A DNA stretch of 64,000 nt from Octopus vulgaris (GCA_951406725.2 OX597814.1:51088001-51152000); one strand, 5' to 3'. Positions 37,744 through 51,030 are shown, counted from the stretch's first letter. Made by a program: numbers and translations. Notes: generated by a model not told the origin, from the letters alone.

Positions 37744-40700
37744 AGGCTCCCCTTCGAGTGCGAAAGTACGACAAGAAAATTTGTGGTGGTGCTGCAGAAA
37801 ACAGAAGGCTTGCCGATCCCCCAGAAGACTTGGTACATAATATCATACAACAAGAAAAATTTGAAAGAAGGTTAAATGTAGATTGTCTTTGAAAGTTTCT
37901 TGGGCCAATGCACTGTTCTGCCCGATTTTGTAACATACAGTGCGCTCGGGGCACCCATTGATGGCGAGAGTGGTGTTGTAGGAGCCGGTGAAGGCAAAGG
38001 CGTCTGTGCAGGTGAAGGTGTTTGTGCAGGTGAAGGTGTTTGTGCAGGTGAAGGTGTTGTTAAAGGTGCATAGGTGGGTGTGTCAAGGTTGTCATCAAAA
38101 GATGAAGACGTCTCAAAATGTGCTTTTTTTAAACGGTCCACGGAAACGGTCTCCGAACGACCATTTATCTCAATCGTGAAAACCTTTGGTGTGCGAGAAA
38201 GCACACGGAAAGGTCCTTTATAGGGAGAAACAAGTGGGCCCTTCACAGAGTCGTCCTGAACAAAAACATGCGACCAGGTGTTCATATCCAGTGGAAGATG
38301 GGATGGTGGAGATTGCTTTCTGGGAACCATGGGTGGAAGGTTCGAAAAATATGCACGCAGTCTGGTGACATAGGTCGCCGGATCATGGGGCTGGGAAGTG
38401 TCTGGCACCAACATCGTACCAGGCAATGCCAGTGTGGTACCATACACCAGCTCTGCAGCAGAAAACCCCAGGTCTGCCTTGACAGCAGTCCGACAGCCGA
38501 GAAGTACAATGAAGTCCAGGACTGTGGATCTGAAGAGGCACGAAGAGCGGCCTTAAGCTGTCTATGGAACCGCTTAACTAATCCATTAGACGCTGGATGG
38601 TAGCTTGTAGTGTGAATATGGTGCATACCCAAAATTCGCGACAGTTCGCGAAATAGCGAGGCCTCAAATTGACGTCCACGATCAGTTGTCAATCGGGACG
38701 GGACTCCGAAGCGAGAAATCCAGTTTGAAATGAAAGCTCGTGCAACAGTCTCAGCAGAAATGTCTGCTATCGGAATGGCTTCTGGCCAGCGGGAGAAGCG
38801 ATCGACACAAGTTAACAGATAAGAGAACCCGCGACTCACAGGTCATGGTCCAACCAGATCGATGTGGACATGGCGAAAACGGGCCTCCGTGGGGGGAAAT
38901 TGTCCAAGCGGGGCACGAACGTGCCGTTGAATCTTGGACCGTTGACACTTGGAGCAGGTGCATGTCCAAGAAGTAATAGTGCGACGCATATTCGGCCAGA
39001 AAAACCGAGCAGTGATTAGTTTAAGGGTGGCAGTGATGCCAGGATGTGATAAGGAGTGCAGTGCTTCAAACACTGAGCGTTGATGGTTCTCAGGCACCAG
39101 TGGCCTGGGAGAACCAGTGGAAGTATCACAAAGAATGGTGCCTTCGGCTGACGGAAGCGGAAGGTAGGAAAACTGGCAACAGGAGAACTTGGGAGAAGTT
39201 AAGTCTAACGACGCCAAAGGTGGCTGCTCCTGCGAGATGGCAGCTAAGTCAATAGCAGCAGGAGATGAAAGGGCGCAAACTGGAAGGCGAGAGAGAGCGT
39301 CAGCAGGGACGTTCTCTTTTCCAGGTATGTGTCGAATGTTGCTAGTGAATTGAGAGATAAAATCCATGTGCCGAAAAGCACGGGGTGAGAGTTTGTCCGT
39401 TTTTGAACACAGGGCAAACGTAAGGGGCTTGTGATCCGTATAGATCACAAAATCTCGCCCTTCAAGTTGATGCTGGAAATGACGAACCAATAGATAGATT
39501 GCTAGAAGCTCACGATCAAAGGTGCTGCATCGTCGTTCAGCTGGTTGCAGTTGATGGGAAAAGAAAGCTAGAGGTCGAATATGATCATCCACTGTGTGTT
39601 GTAACACAGCGCCAATCGCAGTGTCCGATGCGTCTACAGTCAAAGAGAGAGAAGCACCAGGAACTGGATGTGCAAGCAAAGAAACAGAAGCCAGCTCCTT
39701 CTTAATGGACTCAAAGGCTGTCACTGCCTCAATAGAGAGGGTGACTTGACTGTCCTTTCTAGGAGTGTCCTTTAATAGCCTGGTGAGAGGTAGTAGCTTC
39801 TCTGCACAACCGGGAATAAAACGTCTGTAGAAATTGATCATCCCTAGATAATGCCTGAGCTGGCGCAAGGAAGTGGGGGTGCGATGCGTTGAATGGCATC
39901 GACTTTTGACGAGAGAGGGCTGATTCCACTCGAATCAATATGATGGCCTAGAAAACCTAGGGAAGAGCGTCCGAAAACACACTTGTCGGGATTTATACGT
40001 ATACTATAAGCGTGAAGACGCTGAAAAAGCTGAGAAAGGTGCTGGAGATGATTTTCACGTGTGTCGCTCGCAATGAGTATATCATCGACATAGGCAAACA
40101 CAAAATCAAGACCGCGGACAACCTCATCAATGAAACGCTGGAAAGTGCTAGTAGCATTCCGCAAACCGAAACTCATATATAAAAACTCAAAACACCCAAA
40201 GGGGGTAATGATCGCAGTTTTCGGAACATCGGCTGGGTTGACCGGTATTTGGTGGTACGCGCGTATAAGGTCGACCTTCGAAAAAATGGTACAACCTGGA
40301 GATTTCTAATCGGATAGCGGTCGGCTATTGTGACGGCATTGAGGCGTCGATAGTCTCCAACCGGGTGAAGATCAGACTCGCCCTTCCGCGCCAAATGAAG
40401 GGGAGATGCCCATGGGCTGGTGGAGGGGTGTATAAGGCCAAGTTGAAGCATGTGCTCAAACTCGGCCCTGGCCGTTTTTAGTCGCTCTGGCGCAAGGCGC
40501 CATGGGCGTGAAAATACAGGCGGCCCAGTGGTGGTGATGAAATGGAGGGTCGAGTGGGTAGGCTTTTCCGGTTTAAAGGCAATGTCCACTAGCTCCGGAA
40601 ATGAAACCAAAAGAGAGTGAAAAGGGTCTCCAGAGGTGGCAACAAAGAATGTCGGGCTAAGGACCGCAGTGGTGGAACTCCCAGTCGGTGTAGAGAGCGA

Positions 40701-42145
40701 CGTCGTGCTATCAAGAAGCCTCCGATGCCTGACATCCACCAATAGATTAAACCTATCCAGGAAATCAGCGCCGAGAATAGGATGCGGGATGTCAGCGATG
40801 ACGAAAACCCATTGAAAGTCTTGACGAAGGTTGAGGTCGAGGCGCAGCAAAATCTGACCGTAAGTGGTTATGAGAGACGAGTCAATAGCAAGCAAGACAA
40901 TTGAAGAGCGCTTGGACTTGTCTGCAGCCAGACGAAGGGGCCAGATGCTGCAACAGGAGCCGGTGTCCACCATGAAGAATTTCTTCGACACCAGATCTTT
41001 TACAAAGAATGCACGATGTTTGGGAAACGAGATGGAAGAAGGTGACGTGCTCACCTCCTCCGGATTTAGTTTTCCGAGGGCTTGAAAGTGCACGGTACAC
41101 CGATCTGCCTTTTCGGCATACTTCAAATGGTACCAGCACCAGCCGGAACGAGAAACAGAGTCACTCTGACTACGGGAAATAGAGCTACTACGACTGCGAG
41201 ATTGGCGCCCGATCGCACGGCACAGATCATCGATTCTCCGCGTAAGCGCATCGATGTTCTCGGCTAGTTTATCGTTCGTCAGAGGTGTCGGAGGGGGCTC
41301 TGTACAGGCGTACAGGCCCTGCGAGGGAGATGGGCGCGAAAACTCCAACACTTTGTCGGCCATCCAGTGCTGTGGCCAACATTGTCTGCACGTGGGCAGG
41401 CAGCCTGGAAAAATATATTCTTCGTAAGAGCGGCGCGTCCGCTGCGTTGCCACTTAGCTCCCTTAGATGGCGCAGGAACTGGGATGGAGTTCTGTCCCCC
41501 AACTGCTCGTCGGCCATCAGCTCGTTGAACTGACTTTCCTCCGAGCGCGTATTGCGGCGGAGGATTTCTGCCTTTACTGACGCATATGTGGCGTCAGGGT
41601 GGGGACTCACAATGAGATCCCTGACCGATGTGGCGAGCCGGGAGGGCAAACTTGAGTACAGCAGATGTAACTGCTGTTGTGGAGGAATGGTATGCGCGGC
41701 AAAGTGAGATTCCACCTGGGCAAACCACAGCCCCGCATCCCCCGTGAATGAAGGCAAACCTGAAGCCATGCTTTTGTCGGAAGGAATCTGTGAGAAAGGG
41801 GCAGAAGGTATGATCGAGAAATGGAGAGAGAACATGTGGAACCGACAAAGCAAATCAAAATTGTGTTTTGTGTACTGTTGTGTGTGTGAGTGCACCTCGT
41901 GGGTAGCAAAAAATAAGTGTGTGTGAGTACAAAGGAAAACAAAATACAAAAAAGGAAAAAAAAATGAATGTGTGTGTGTTTTCTTTTTTTGTGTACTGAG
42001 TGCGATGAATAAGCTTGTTTGTACCCACCTCACCGTACTGAAAGAGAAAAAAATATGAAAAAATGAATGTTCAGCGCTCTATCTGGCAAAAACCTGTTCG
42101 CTGCGTCTTCTGTTCCGTTCTTTTTTTCAACTTGGGGTCACCAAT

Positions 42146-42560
42146 TTTAACGAAGATCTGTTATCGATTCACTGAAAGGGTGTCGATATCCGATCTAGTC
42201 ACATACAATTTTATAAGACAATACAGACGAAGTCAGGTTGTAGGTAAAAGACAGCAGTTTGTTTATTTATTGCGATGGCGTACGTGTCTGATGGGAGAAG
42301 GACAGCCTCTGATGTACAGCTTCTTGTTAGTTTGTTGAAGTTTGTTGATGGTCGTTGGCGGCTATGTCGGTGAGGTTGTCAGAGCCTGTTGAATGTACGT
42401 CCATTCGCTGTGGGCTGACTTGCCGGAGAGAAAGATTTGAGTTTGGCGGGCCTGAGGGAACATTTCCCGCACATGTGCATGGGGAAGACTTCCGGTGGCC
42501 ACCCGGAAGTAGTCCCATTCTGCGCATGCGCGCTGAATCCTACACAGTAGCATCACTACA
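42146..42560 (-). repeat. 5' LTR
   Basis: Direct repeat of 37329-37743, adjacent to the PBS. Confidence 0.95.
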
Positions 42561-42848
42561 CACTGATGTTGGCCATTCTCTGTGACTTATACTCCTATGA
42601 TAAAGTAACCTGTTGCACCCCTATTTACATAAATGCATGCCATGAATTATTAATTTCTGACACTAAGTATTACTAACTTAGTCAAAGGAGTCACCTGACA
42701 CAATTCAACAAAACTTCTAATACAAACCACTGGATATGACTTGTCGGCAACCTGTATTTCTATATACTTAATCCCAAAATGTTTGTCATTGTTGAAGACA
42801 ATATAGAGTGTACAATGTCCATATATGTAATAGATATTTATAGGCACA

Positions 42849-43243
42849 CTAGCAGTATCGCCCGGCGTTGCTCGGGTTTGTAAGGGAAATAATTATATAA
42901 GCATTTTTAGAGATGTAAAGTATAATAGCCATCTCAATATGGCTAACCACAAAGGGGGAGGGGTGTTACTGTAGCTTTTTACGTTCTGAGATTTAATAAT
43001 AAATTTTAGAGAGTTACTTCCCTTATATATGTCAAAAATGGATTAAAAATGGGAAAAATTGATGGTAAATTTTTTTTTAAATCGTAGACTCATCGTAGAC
43101 GCGCGCTAATACCCAGACGGTCTCGATATGAATCACGACTATAAGATACCCGGTTTTGTTTAAACTGCACCGCAAAATGTGGGAGTAGTTAGGAATCTAA
43201 ATCGTAGGAGACAGACACACAACCTCACTTTTATATATAAAGA
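42849..43243 (-). mobile_element. Non-autonomous Helitron
   Basis: On the minus strand, A|TC ... hairpin ... CTAG|T. Confidence 0.82.
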
Positions 43244-43339
43244 TTTCCTCTATTTACATAATATTGAGGTCTCTTTCTTTCTTTTGTCATCTTACTGTTT
43301 TTACCAATATACATATATATATATATATAAATATATATA

Positions 43340-43664
43340 TAGTTACAGAGATGTACTTGCATAGCAAGTGACTTGATCTGAGATCGTGTGCTGGAACGAA
43401 AACAGTTGCAGCGTTGAAGGTGTTTATAAGCCATCTAAGAAACACACAAAAACCGTTAGATTCACTTCAACATTTAAATTTAATTTGTCAAAATATTTTC
43501 GTCGCTTTGAGACCGCGACCTGTTAGCACGATATTTTTGTCAGTGAACAGGTCGCGGTCTCAAAGCGACGAAAATATTTTGGCAAATTAAATTTAAATGT
43601 TGAAGTGAATGTAACGGTTTTTGTGTGTTTCTTAAATGGCTTACAAACACCTTCCACGCTGCAA
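43340..43664. mobile_element. Fold-back element (119-bp arms, 21-nt spacer) of Penelope pseudo-LTR type in a (TA)n context
   Basis: 43406-43524 is inverted at 43546-43664. Hammerhead-shaped motif at 43536-43586. Confidence 0.65.
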
Positions 43665-44023
43665 TATATATATATACACACATATATATATATGTATGTA
43701 TGTATGTATGTGTGTATATGTGTATGCATGTATGTGTGTGTGTGTGCGTGTCTGTGCTTGTGATTGTCCTCCACCACTGCTTGACAACGAATGTTGGTTT
43801 GTTTACATCCCTGTCACCTAGTGGTTTGACAAAGGAAACAGATAGAATAAGTACAATGCTTACAAAAATAAAAGTGGAGTTGATTCATTAAACTACAATT
43901 CTTCAAGGCATTGCCCCAGCATGGCCACAGACCAATGGCTGGAAAAAGCAGAAGAATAAAAGAATACATTCTCTGCTTTGGTCAAGGCATGAGAAAGCTT
44001 GAGTTTACATGAGAAGGCCTAAC

Positions 44024-44397
44024 AGACCTGGTAGAAACAGCAGCCAAATCTCCCTCAAATCACACCTTACTGTCTTATGTATGTATATATATATGAGCCA
44101 ATGAGGGGGACCTCTACATGGTAGCTAGACCTGGTAGAAATAGCAGCCAAATTTCCCCCAAATCACACCTTACTGTCTTATCTATGTATATATGTATGTA
44201 TGAGCCTATGAGGGAGACCCCTACATGGCAGCTAGACCTGGTAGAAATAGCAGCCAAATTTCCCCCAAATCACACCTTACTGTCTTATCTATGTATATAT
44301 GTATGTATGAGCCTATGAGGGAGACCCCTACATGGCAGCTAGACATGGTAGAAATAGCAGCCAAATCTCCCTCAAATCACACCTTACTGTCTTATCT
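44024..44397 (+). repeat. Minisatellite, ~3.5 copies of a 103-107-bp unit derived from a dispersed repeat
   Basis: Units start at 44024, 44127, 44234 and 44341. The core gacctg.tagaaatagcagccaaat.tccc.caaatcacacc also occurs singly near 2480-2540(-), 27230 and 59625. Confidence 0.9.
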
Positions 44398-46719
44398 TTC
44401 TGCTACTTGGATATAGGTGTTATATTCGTCGTAAAAAACTTTCCTATCACACACTCACGCACACGCACACACACACACACACACACACACGCACCCACAC
44501 ACACACACACACACGCGCACACACACACACACACACTCACACACACGCACGTTAGCTTACAATTTTATTTATATATTTGCGTGTGTATGTGTGGAAAGAG
44601 GAAGTGGGAAGCAGAGTGAAAGAATCACTCACTACAGTAAGTGAATTACTTTCATTTTATTCGTTGCCCACTGTGTGTGTGCGTTTGCGTGTGGTGTAAA
44701 CCAGACTAAGAAAAGTATTTGACACACACACCAGAATGTGAGTTTTCTGTAAATTTTGCTTAATTGGAGTTTAAATTTTAAAAACTGGACCTGGCATGAC
44801 GCGATGCATTGTACTCTTAAAACTGCTAGGTAAATTGTAATTGAAGAAATCCTATATTGTAGATTTGTATAACTCCCAAAGGGAGGCAGATAAAATCTGC
44901 CTTTTATAATAAGAGATATGGAATTTCCAATATTTAGCATGAATACTAATAGTTGCTCTGAAGTCCACTTTCTCATGCTTGCATGAGTCAGGCAGAGTTC
45001 ATTGTAGTTGATTTTCTACAGCTGAATGTCCTATTTCTCTGTTATCAACTCTCACCTGTTTCCAAGCAAGGTAATAATTCTTCATAGATTGACATGTTTT
45101 CATGAAAGATTGGAAATGACTGACACACCGGTATGATTGTGACACTTGTTTCCAATTATTGCCTAATGTCAAGGCAACGAGACTCAAACTCATATTCACA
45201 TCTACCCACACACTCCTACACACATGCATATAAAAAAGACAGGCTTCTTTTATTTCCCATCCACTAAATCCATTCATAAGGCTTTGGTTGGTCCAGTGCT
45301 ACTGCCGAAGACTCTTACCCTAGTTTCCATGAAGTGGGATTAAACTCAAAACAATATGGTTTGTCTTGTTTCTCCACGTTCTCCTTTTTGGCTTGGCTAG
45401 ACTTTCTATTTTCAAATGGCCTCAATTTACTTAGCTTTCAAAAATTATTTACAAGGTTTTGTATAAAAAGGACAGATTATCTATCGTTAAGTATTACTGA
45501 CCTCACTATATCAAGTAGCTGACTTGACTCACAGTCCTAGTGTATATCATAGACAGTTATTTCATATAATTATTAAAAGAGATCAATTCATTAGTAATAC
45601 TAAACAAGTATAATTTAAATAACCTAGCATTGTATTTTAACTTTAACCAAGACACTTAACTCTCAATGGCAAATCCAGTTAACTGTAAGTAGATACCATG
45701 ACCTATTTATTGTCAACTCTAACAATGCTCACCCTTCCTCAATGATGTCCTCTTCATTCTTCTTTAAATTGCCCATTAGATAAATGCTCTAACATCATCC
45801 ATATGCAACAAAGGCACCTTATACCAAACCAAAAACAGAGACATCTAAAACATTCTCCAATAGAGATATGAAAGATATAATTATTATCATCATCATCGTT
45901 GTTATCTTCATCGTCATTTATCATCCATCTTCCGTGCTGGCATGGGTTGGATAGTTTGACAGGAAATAGGCAAACTGAAGATCTGTACCAAGTTCCTCTG
46001 TCTGCTTTGGCATGGTTTCTATGGCTTGATGTCCTTCCTAATGCCAACCACTTTACAGAGTGTACTGGGTGCTTTTATGTGGCACCAGTACTGGTGCTTT
46101 TTATCTGGCACCAACACCAGTGGGGTCACCAAGTAATTTGTGAGACAAAGACTTTTCACCGGGTAGAGGAAGGTGGCTTTGTGCCAGTTTAGAGTTTAAA
46201 ATGTAATAGAGGGATAGAGATAGGTGTCGTATTATAGAGGAGATACTGGCCTACTCCAGTGGGAAAAGAAAGAAAAAGGAGAAACAGTTAGAGAGAACAA
46301 GGGAGAGAGAGAGAGTAAGAGAAAGATAGAGAAAGTGAGAAAGAAAAAGAGCAAGAAATAGATAATGGGGCAGTGGCGGGGTGGATATAAGTGGTACAGA
46401 GGGGATAGAGGGGGAATGTTCTATAAAAGTATGAGGAGAAATGTTTAGAGATAGGGAAGAGATGACTGTAGCAAGTGGTGGTGAGAGAGGCATGGAGAGT
46501 GTGTGGTTAGGTATGTGAGGGATAGTGGAGGGGGGCCTTCAGCATGTGGTGATCATAGGTAGTGGGATGGGGAGGTTTGGGAAGAGGGTCATGGGGTAGT
46601 TTTGAGAGAAGATAGATTATATGTATGTGGCACGTAAAAAGCACCATCCAAACGTGATCAATGCCAGGGCTGCCTGACTGGCTCCCATGCCGGTGGCATG
46701 TAAAAACTGCTATCTGGAC

Positions 46720-47730
46720 AAGGCTCGAAGCTTTGGGGGAGGGGACTAGTCAATTACATTGACCCCAGAATTTCACTGGTACTTAACTTATCGACCCCGA
46801 AAGGATGAAGGGCAAAGTCGACCTCGGCAGAATTTGAGAGGCAAGACTTTTGCCCTTCCCCCGCCAAAAACCACCCTTTTAAAAAAAAATTTTTTTTCCA
46901 CACAAACCTCCCTTTCGGCTACAGGGAATATGAATCTGCAAAATAATTGGCAAAAATCAACATTTCTAAATTACTTCCCCCCCTCCCCCCATTTCCTTCA
47001 CTTTTAACTTTTTTCACAATTTTTTTTTAAATATCCGGAAAAATATTATGAATCTGAAAAAAAATTTCCAAAAATCTTTGTAAAATTTTTTTTAAGAATT
47101 TTTTTTTATAAATATGCAGAAAACATTTTTCTACTTACGGTTACGGTTTTAGGGTTAGGGCTAGGGTTTTAGGGTTAAGTTTAGGGTTTTAGGGTTAGGG
47201 TTAGGGTTTTAGGGTTAGGGTAAGGGTTTTTAGGGTTTTAGGGTCAGAGTTAGGATTTTAGGGTTTTAGGGTTAGGGTTAGCGTTTTAGGGTTAGGGTTA
47301 GGGTTTTAGGATTAGTGTTGGGAAAAAGTCAAAATTGAAGAAGTTGGTGGGGGAAAGGGTGAATTTTCACAATGCCCATTTTTGGCAATTTTCCGGAACC
47401 TCCATATCCAAAAACGGGGATTTTTGCTAAAAAAAATTACAAAAATAAACAAATTTGGGAGAAAATGGGTGGGGACGGGCGGAAGTCTTTCCGAATTTGA
47501 ACTCAGAACGTAGCGAAATACCTATTTCTTTACTACCCACAGAGAGGACAAACGGATTAAGTCGATTATATCGACCCCAGTGCGTAACCGATACTTATTT
47601 AATCGACCCCGAAAGGATGAAAGGCAAAGTCGACCTCGGCGGAATTTGAACTCAGAACGTAACGGCAGACGAAATACGGCTACGCATTTCGCCCGGCGTT
47701 CTAACGTTTCTGCCAGCTCGTCGCCTTGGG
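46720..47730 (-). mobile_element. Second SINE family copies (reverse complement of the 50818-51030 type), one interrupted by a TIR element
   Basis: cgaccccgaaaggatgaa.ggcaaagtcgacctcggc.gaatttgaactcagaacg occurs at ~46790 (split) and ~47600. Confidence 0.7.
46838..47492. mobile_element. TIR DNA element (MITE) with 8-bp TSD carrying a telomere-like (TTAGGG/TTTTAGGG)n array at ~47135-47320
   Basis: TSD GAATTTGA at 46830-46837 and 47493-47500. TIRs ggcaagacttttgcccttcccc / ggggacgggcggaagtctttcc. Confidence 0.8.
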
Positions 47731-49226
47731 TAAGACAACTTCATACTATTTTCACAGGACAAAACTCGCTTAAGAATTGCTTCCCTTTAATTAACTTTAC
47801 TATTCACCGTGTGCACGCCACGTGGTTGACATCAACACTTACAAGGTATTTTATTTTATTTTACATGATGTTTTCATCAGTATTTCGCTCTTGTTAGAAT
47901 AACTGAATTTATATACATTGAATCAGAATTGTTTCTTTAGAGTACACAAGTATTTTTGATCATATACTGTGCGTATATACACATTTAATTTTGATTTGAC
48001 TTTTCTTGAATTAGCTTTTCTTATATGAGTCAATGGATACTAATAGATTTGTTAATTCACATCCATCAGCTTTATTTTTATTTTTAAATTTCATTTTTTT
48101 ACATCCTAAAGCAAGACTTAATTGAAACCGTAATTTACTCTTCTCAGCTAAAATTACGGCTTACCTACGCAAGTGTCCGTTCCCCTTTGATTTCCCATAA
48201 CTTACAGAAACGTGGATTTTTTTTTTTTTGATTTACAGATTGAAACCTCTTAAATAACACAGATCTTATTCCATGAAACTTCCTGATAGCCACAACGCCC
48301 TGTCGTACTAGGCTCTCGGTTAAAATTGACTTTTGCTTCATTCTTCAATCATTGGTGTAGATTACCTTCCTTCGGTCAAATTTGTCGATTTAGGCTTATA
48401 TATTTAAAAAAAAGTTATCTTGTGATCCATAGCAAGCGGGCCCCATAACAGAATGCCAACATTTTTCTTTTAAGTTTCTGTTTATAATACGTATACTGAT
48501 ATCTACTTAGTTTTTGTGTGGGTCTCTTCCATAATCACTGCCAGGGTATGAAAAACAATCGTGACACGGAGAAAATGAAACTACGAAAGATTAACAGAAA
48601 AAAAATAATAATACTTAAAACTTGTATATTTATTTCATTCAATTGAAAGTATTATTTGTATATTCAGTTTAAAGGATCTCAATTAGACATAAGGTTACAT
48701 AAACTAATTATAATACACCTCATGTATTCAGCGAAATGACCAGATGATATCGTTCTGTACGCCGAATATATATATATATATATATATATATCCTCGGAAA
48801 AAGTCTTTCCTATAATCCCTTTATACTCTGAATCCTCAGCATTTAAGCGGTATTTGAACATTTCGTTAAACAGTATCCATTTTCCTGGAAGTTATGAGGC
48901 AACGACTTGGGGTAAATATTAAGATCTTCACCCGTCAACAAAAACAAAAAAATCCTGCTGGGTGTTAACAACTGTGTAAAAGACGAATATGACAAAACAA
49001 AATTGCGCTGGGGAAAGGTCTTTCGGAAAATTCAGAAGATTTTTCCGTCATAACTTTCGGGAAAATGGATGGAGCTCCTTTAGAAACGCACCTCTCCAAG
49101 AAAATGAAATGCAATTTTTTAAAAAAAGTTATGAAAATGGAAACTATATACAAAATAAATTATGTATGCAAAAAATTGGAAAGATTCATCCATTTTTTAA
49201 TATTTTATACTAAAAAGTAAAACAAA

Positions 49227-49620
49227 GGCGCAGGAGTGGCTGTGTGGTAAGTAGCTTGCTAACCAACCACATGGTTCCGGGTTCAGTCCCACTGCGTGGC
49301 ATCTTGGGCAAGTGTCTTCTGCTATAGCCCCGGGCCGACCAATGCCTTGTGAGTGGATTTGGTAGACGGAAACTGAAAGAGGCCTGTCGTATATATGTAT
49401 ATATATATATATGTATGTGTGTCTGTGTTTGTCTCCCTAGCATTGCTTGACAACCGACGCTGGTGTGTTTACGTCCCCGTCACTTAGCGGTTCAGCAAAA
49501 GAGACCGATAGAATAAGTACTGGGCTTACAAAGAATAAGTCCCGGGGTCGATTTGCTCGACTAAAAGGCGGTGCTCCAGCATGGCCGCAGTCAAATGACT
49601 GAAACGAGTAAAAGAGTAAA
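49227..49620 (+). mobile_element. tRNA-derived SINE, full-length young copy
   Basis: A-box TGGCTGTGTGG, B-box GGTTCAGTCCC, central microsatellite and (GAGTAAAA)n tail. Confidence 0.9.
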
Positions 49621-50817
49621 CGGGAAACGGGCACTTGCGAATATAAACAAACATGTCGGACGCTACAAGAGGAGATAAATAAATATATACCCATTTCCAC
49701 ATGATGTATTTGATATCACTAAAACACAGACTTGCACTAGATTGAATATTAACTTTGAACAGATGATGAGGCATCTTTAATATTTGAGGTAGTTGAGAGT
49801 GTACTATGTTCTAGAGAAGCTCAAGTCAGTGTGACTGCTGACAGTTTTATTATATTATATTGGTGATAGTTGAAATTAACAATGCCTAAGCACCAAATTA
49901 TAGAGATTTTTAAAATAGTGTTACGTAAATGAGTGACAAACTTTTTTCTCAGTAGTATGCTAGTTTACCCAGATAGTACAAAGACAAAAAGAAACATATA
50001 TAACTGATTTATATAACCATTTTATAGACTATAGATATTGATGCTATTCTCATACTGTAATCGAGTAATTAGCTGTAAAGAAAGTCATTTAACAGTAAGA
50101 TTTTTAGAAACAGTTTTCCATCTGTTCTCTTTTCTCAGTATCATTTAATATCCTCTTCCATTTCCCCCTAGATGTGTTCCTGTTTATCTTTTGATGATTT
50201 TTCAATATTTCATACTGGAACAATTGAAAGCATAGAATAATTTTTGATAAATTATTAGAAATCACACCTTAATAATGTGTCAGAAGATCTATTCCAGGTT
50301 AATTGGACAGTCACTCCAGATAATTTCATATTTAACTTCTCAGTTCTCTCCACCATCCTGCACCCTAGTATAGAGTTATCATTTCCCCTCTACCTGGCCA
50401 TTATGTAGCTAATACAACAATGATCTTTTCATAAGTTAAGTTGCTGCAAATCCAATAAGCAATCTTGGGCCAGCTGGTTGCCAGTCTTAAACAATATGTG
50501 TAAAATATATGTGAAGCGTATTCTCCAGAAAAGTGCATATATGCCTACAATAAAAGCATGGGTACTTTGTATAAATTTTGGTTTAGTGAAACTGTATTCA
50601 TTGTGTCTATCGGAAAAAATAATGTTGGGATAAGGAAAGAAATCCAATTATAGATTTTCTGCTTCTCATTGTTCATATTGATTACTATTGTTCCTCAAAA
50701 CATGTTAGTACTTGAAACATCTTAAAGGGATCTCTGTAAATTTCATCGGTCCGTATAATAGTTGAATTAATATTTAGACTGAGCAACAATTCTTATCTTT
50801 ATCCAAGATATAGATGG

Positions 50818-51030
50818 GACGGCAAGCTGGCAGAAAGCATTACCATGGCAGGCAAAATGCTTAGCGGTATATCATCTGTCTTTATGTTCTGAGTTCAAAT
50901 TCTGCCGAGGTTGACTTTACCTTTCATCCTTTCGGGGTCAACTTAAGTACCAGTTGTGTACTGGGGTCGATCTAATCAACTGGCCCCCTTCTCCAAAAAT
51001 TTTGGGCCTTGTGCCTAGAGTAGAAAAGAA
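50818..51030 (+). mobile_element. SINE (second family)
   Basis: B-box-like GAGTTCAAATTC; homologous to the minus-strand copies at 46.7-47.7 kb. Confidence 0.7.

Larger units (their letters stand above)
37329..42560 (-). mobile_element. Near full-length Gypsy LTR retrotransposon, CsRN1/Kabuki clade (frameshifted gag-pol)
   Basis: 415-bp LTRs at 37329-37743 and 42146-42560; 4-bp TSD CACT; PBS TGGTGACCCC (tRNA-Trp type) at 42143-42134; PPT GAAGGGGAG next to the 3' LTR. Gag CWYH..C knuckle, protease [17 protein letters not shown], RNaseH VDASD, integrase HPG...HIDLVGP / TTDRG.QF and GPF motif. Confidence 0.97.

Noticed and set aside
37985-38060. 18-bp tandem repeat encoding (PSPAQT)n
   Set aside because: Ordinary low-complexity linker in the integrase C-terminus.
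44024-44397. CRISPR-like periodic repeat
   Set aside because: Whole units repeat with no unique spacers, there are no cas genes, and the context is eukaryotic.
47135-47320. Telomere or chromosome fusion point
   Set aside because: Single orientation, degenerate, and enclosed by TIRs and a TSD.
49227-49300. tRNA gene
   Set aside because: The A/B boxes belong to a SINE head. There is no full cloverleaf and it continues into the SINE body.
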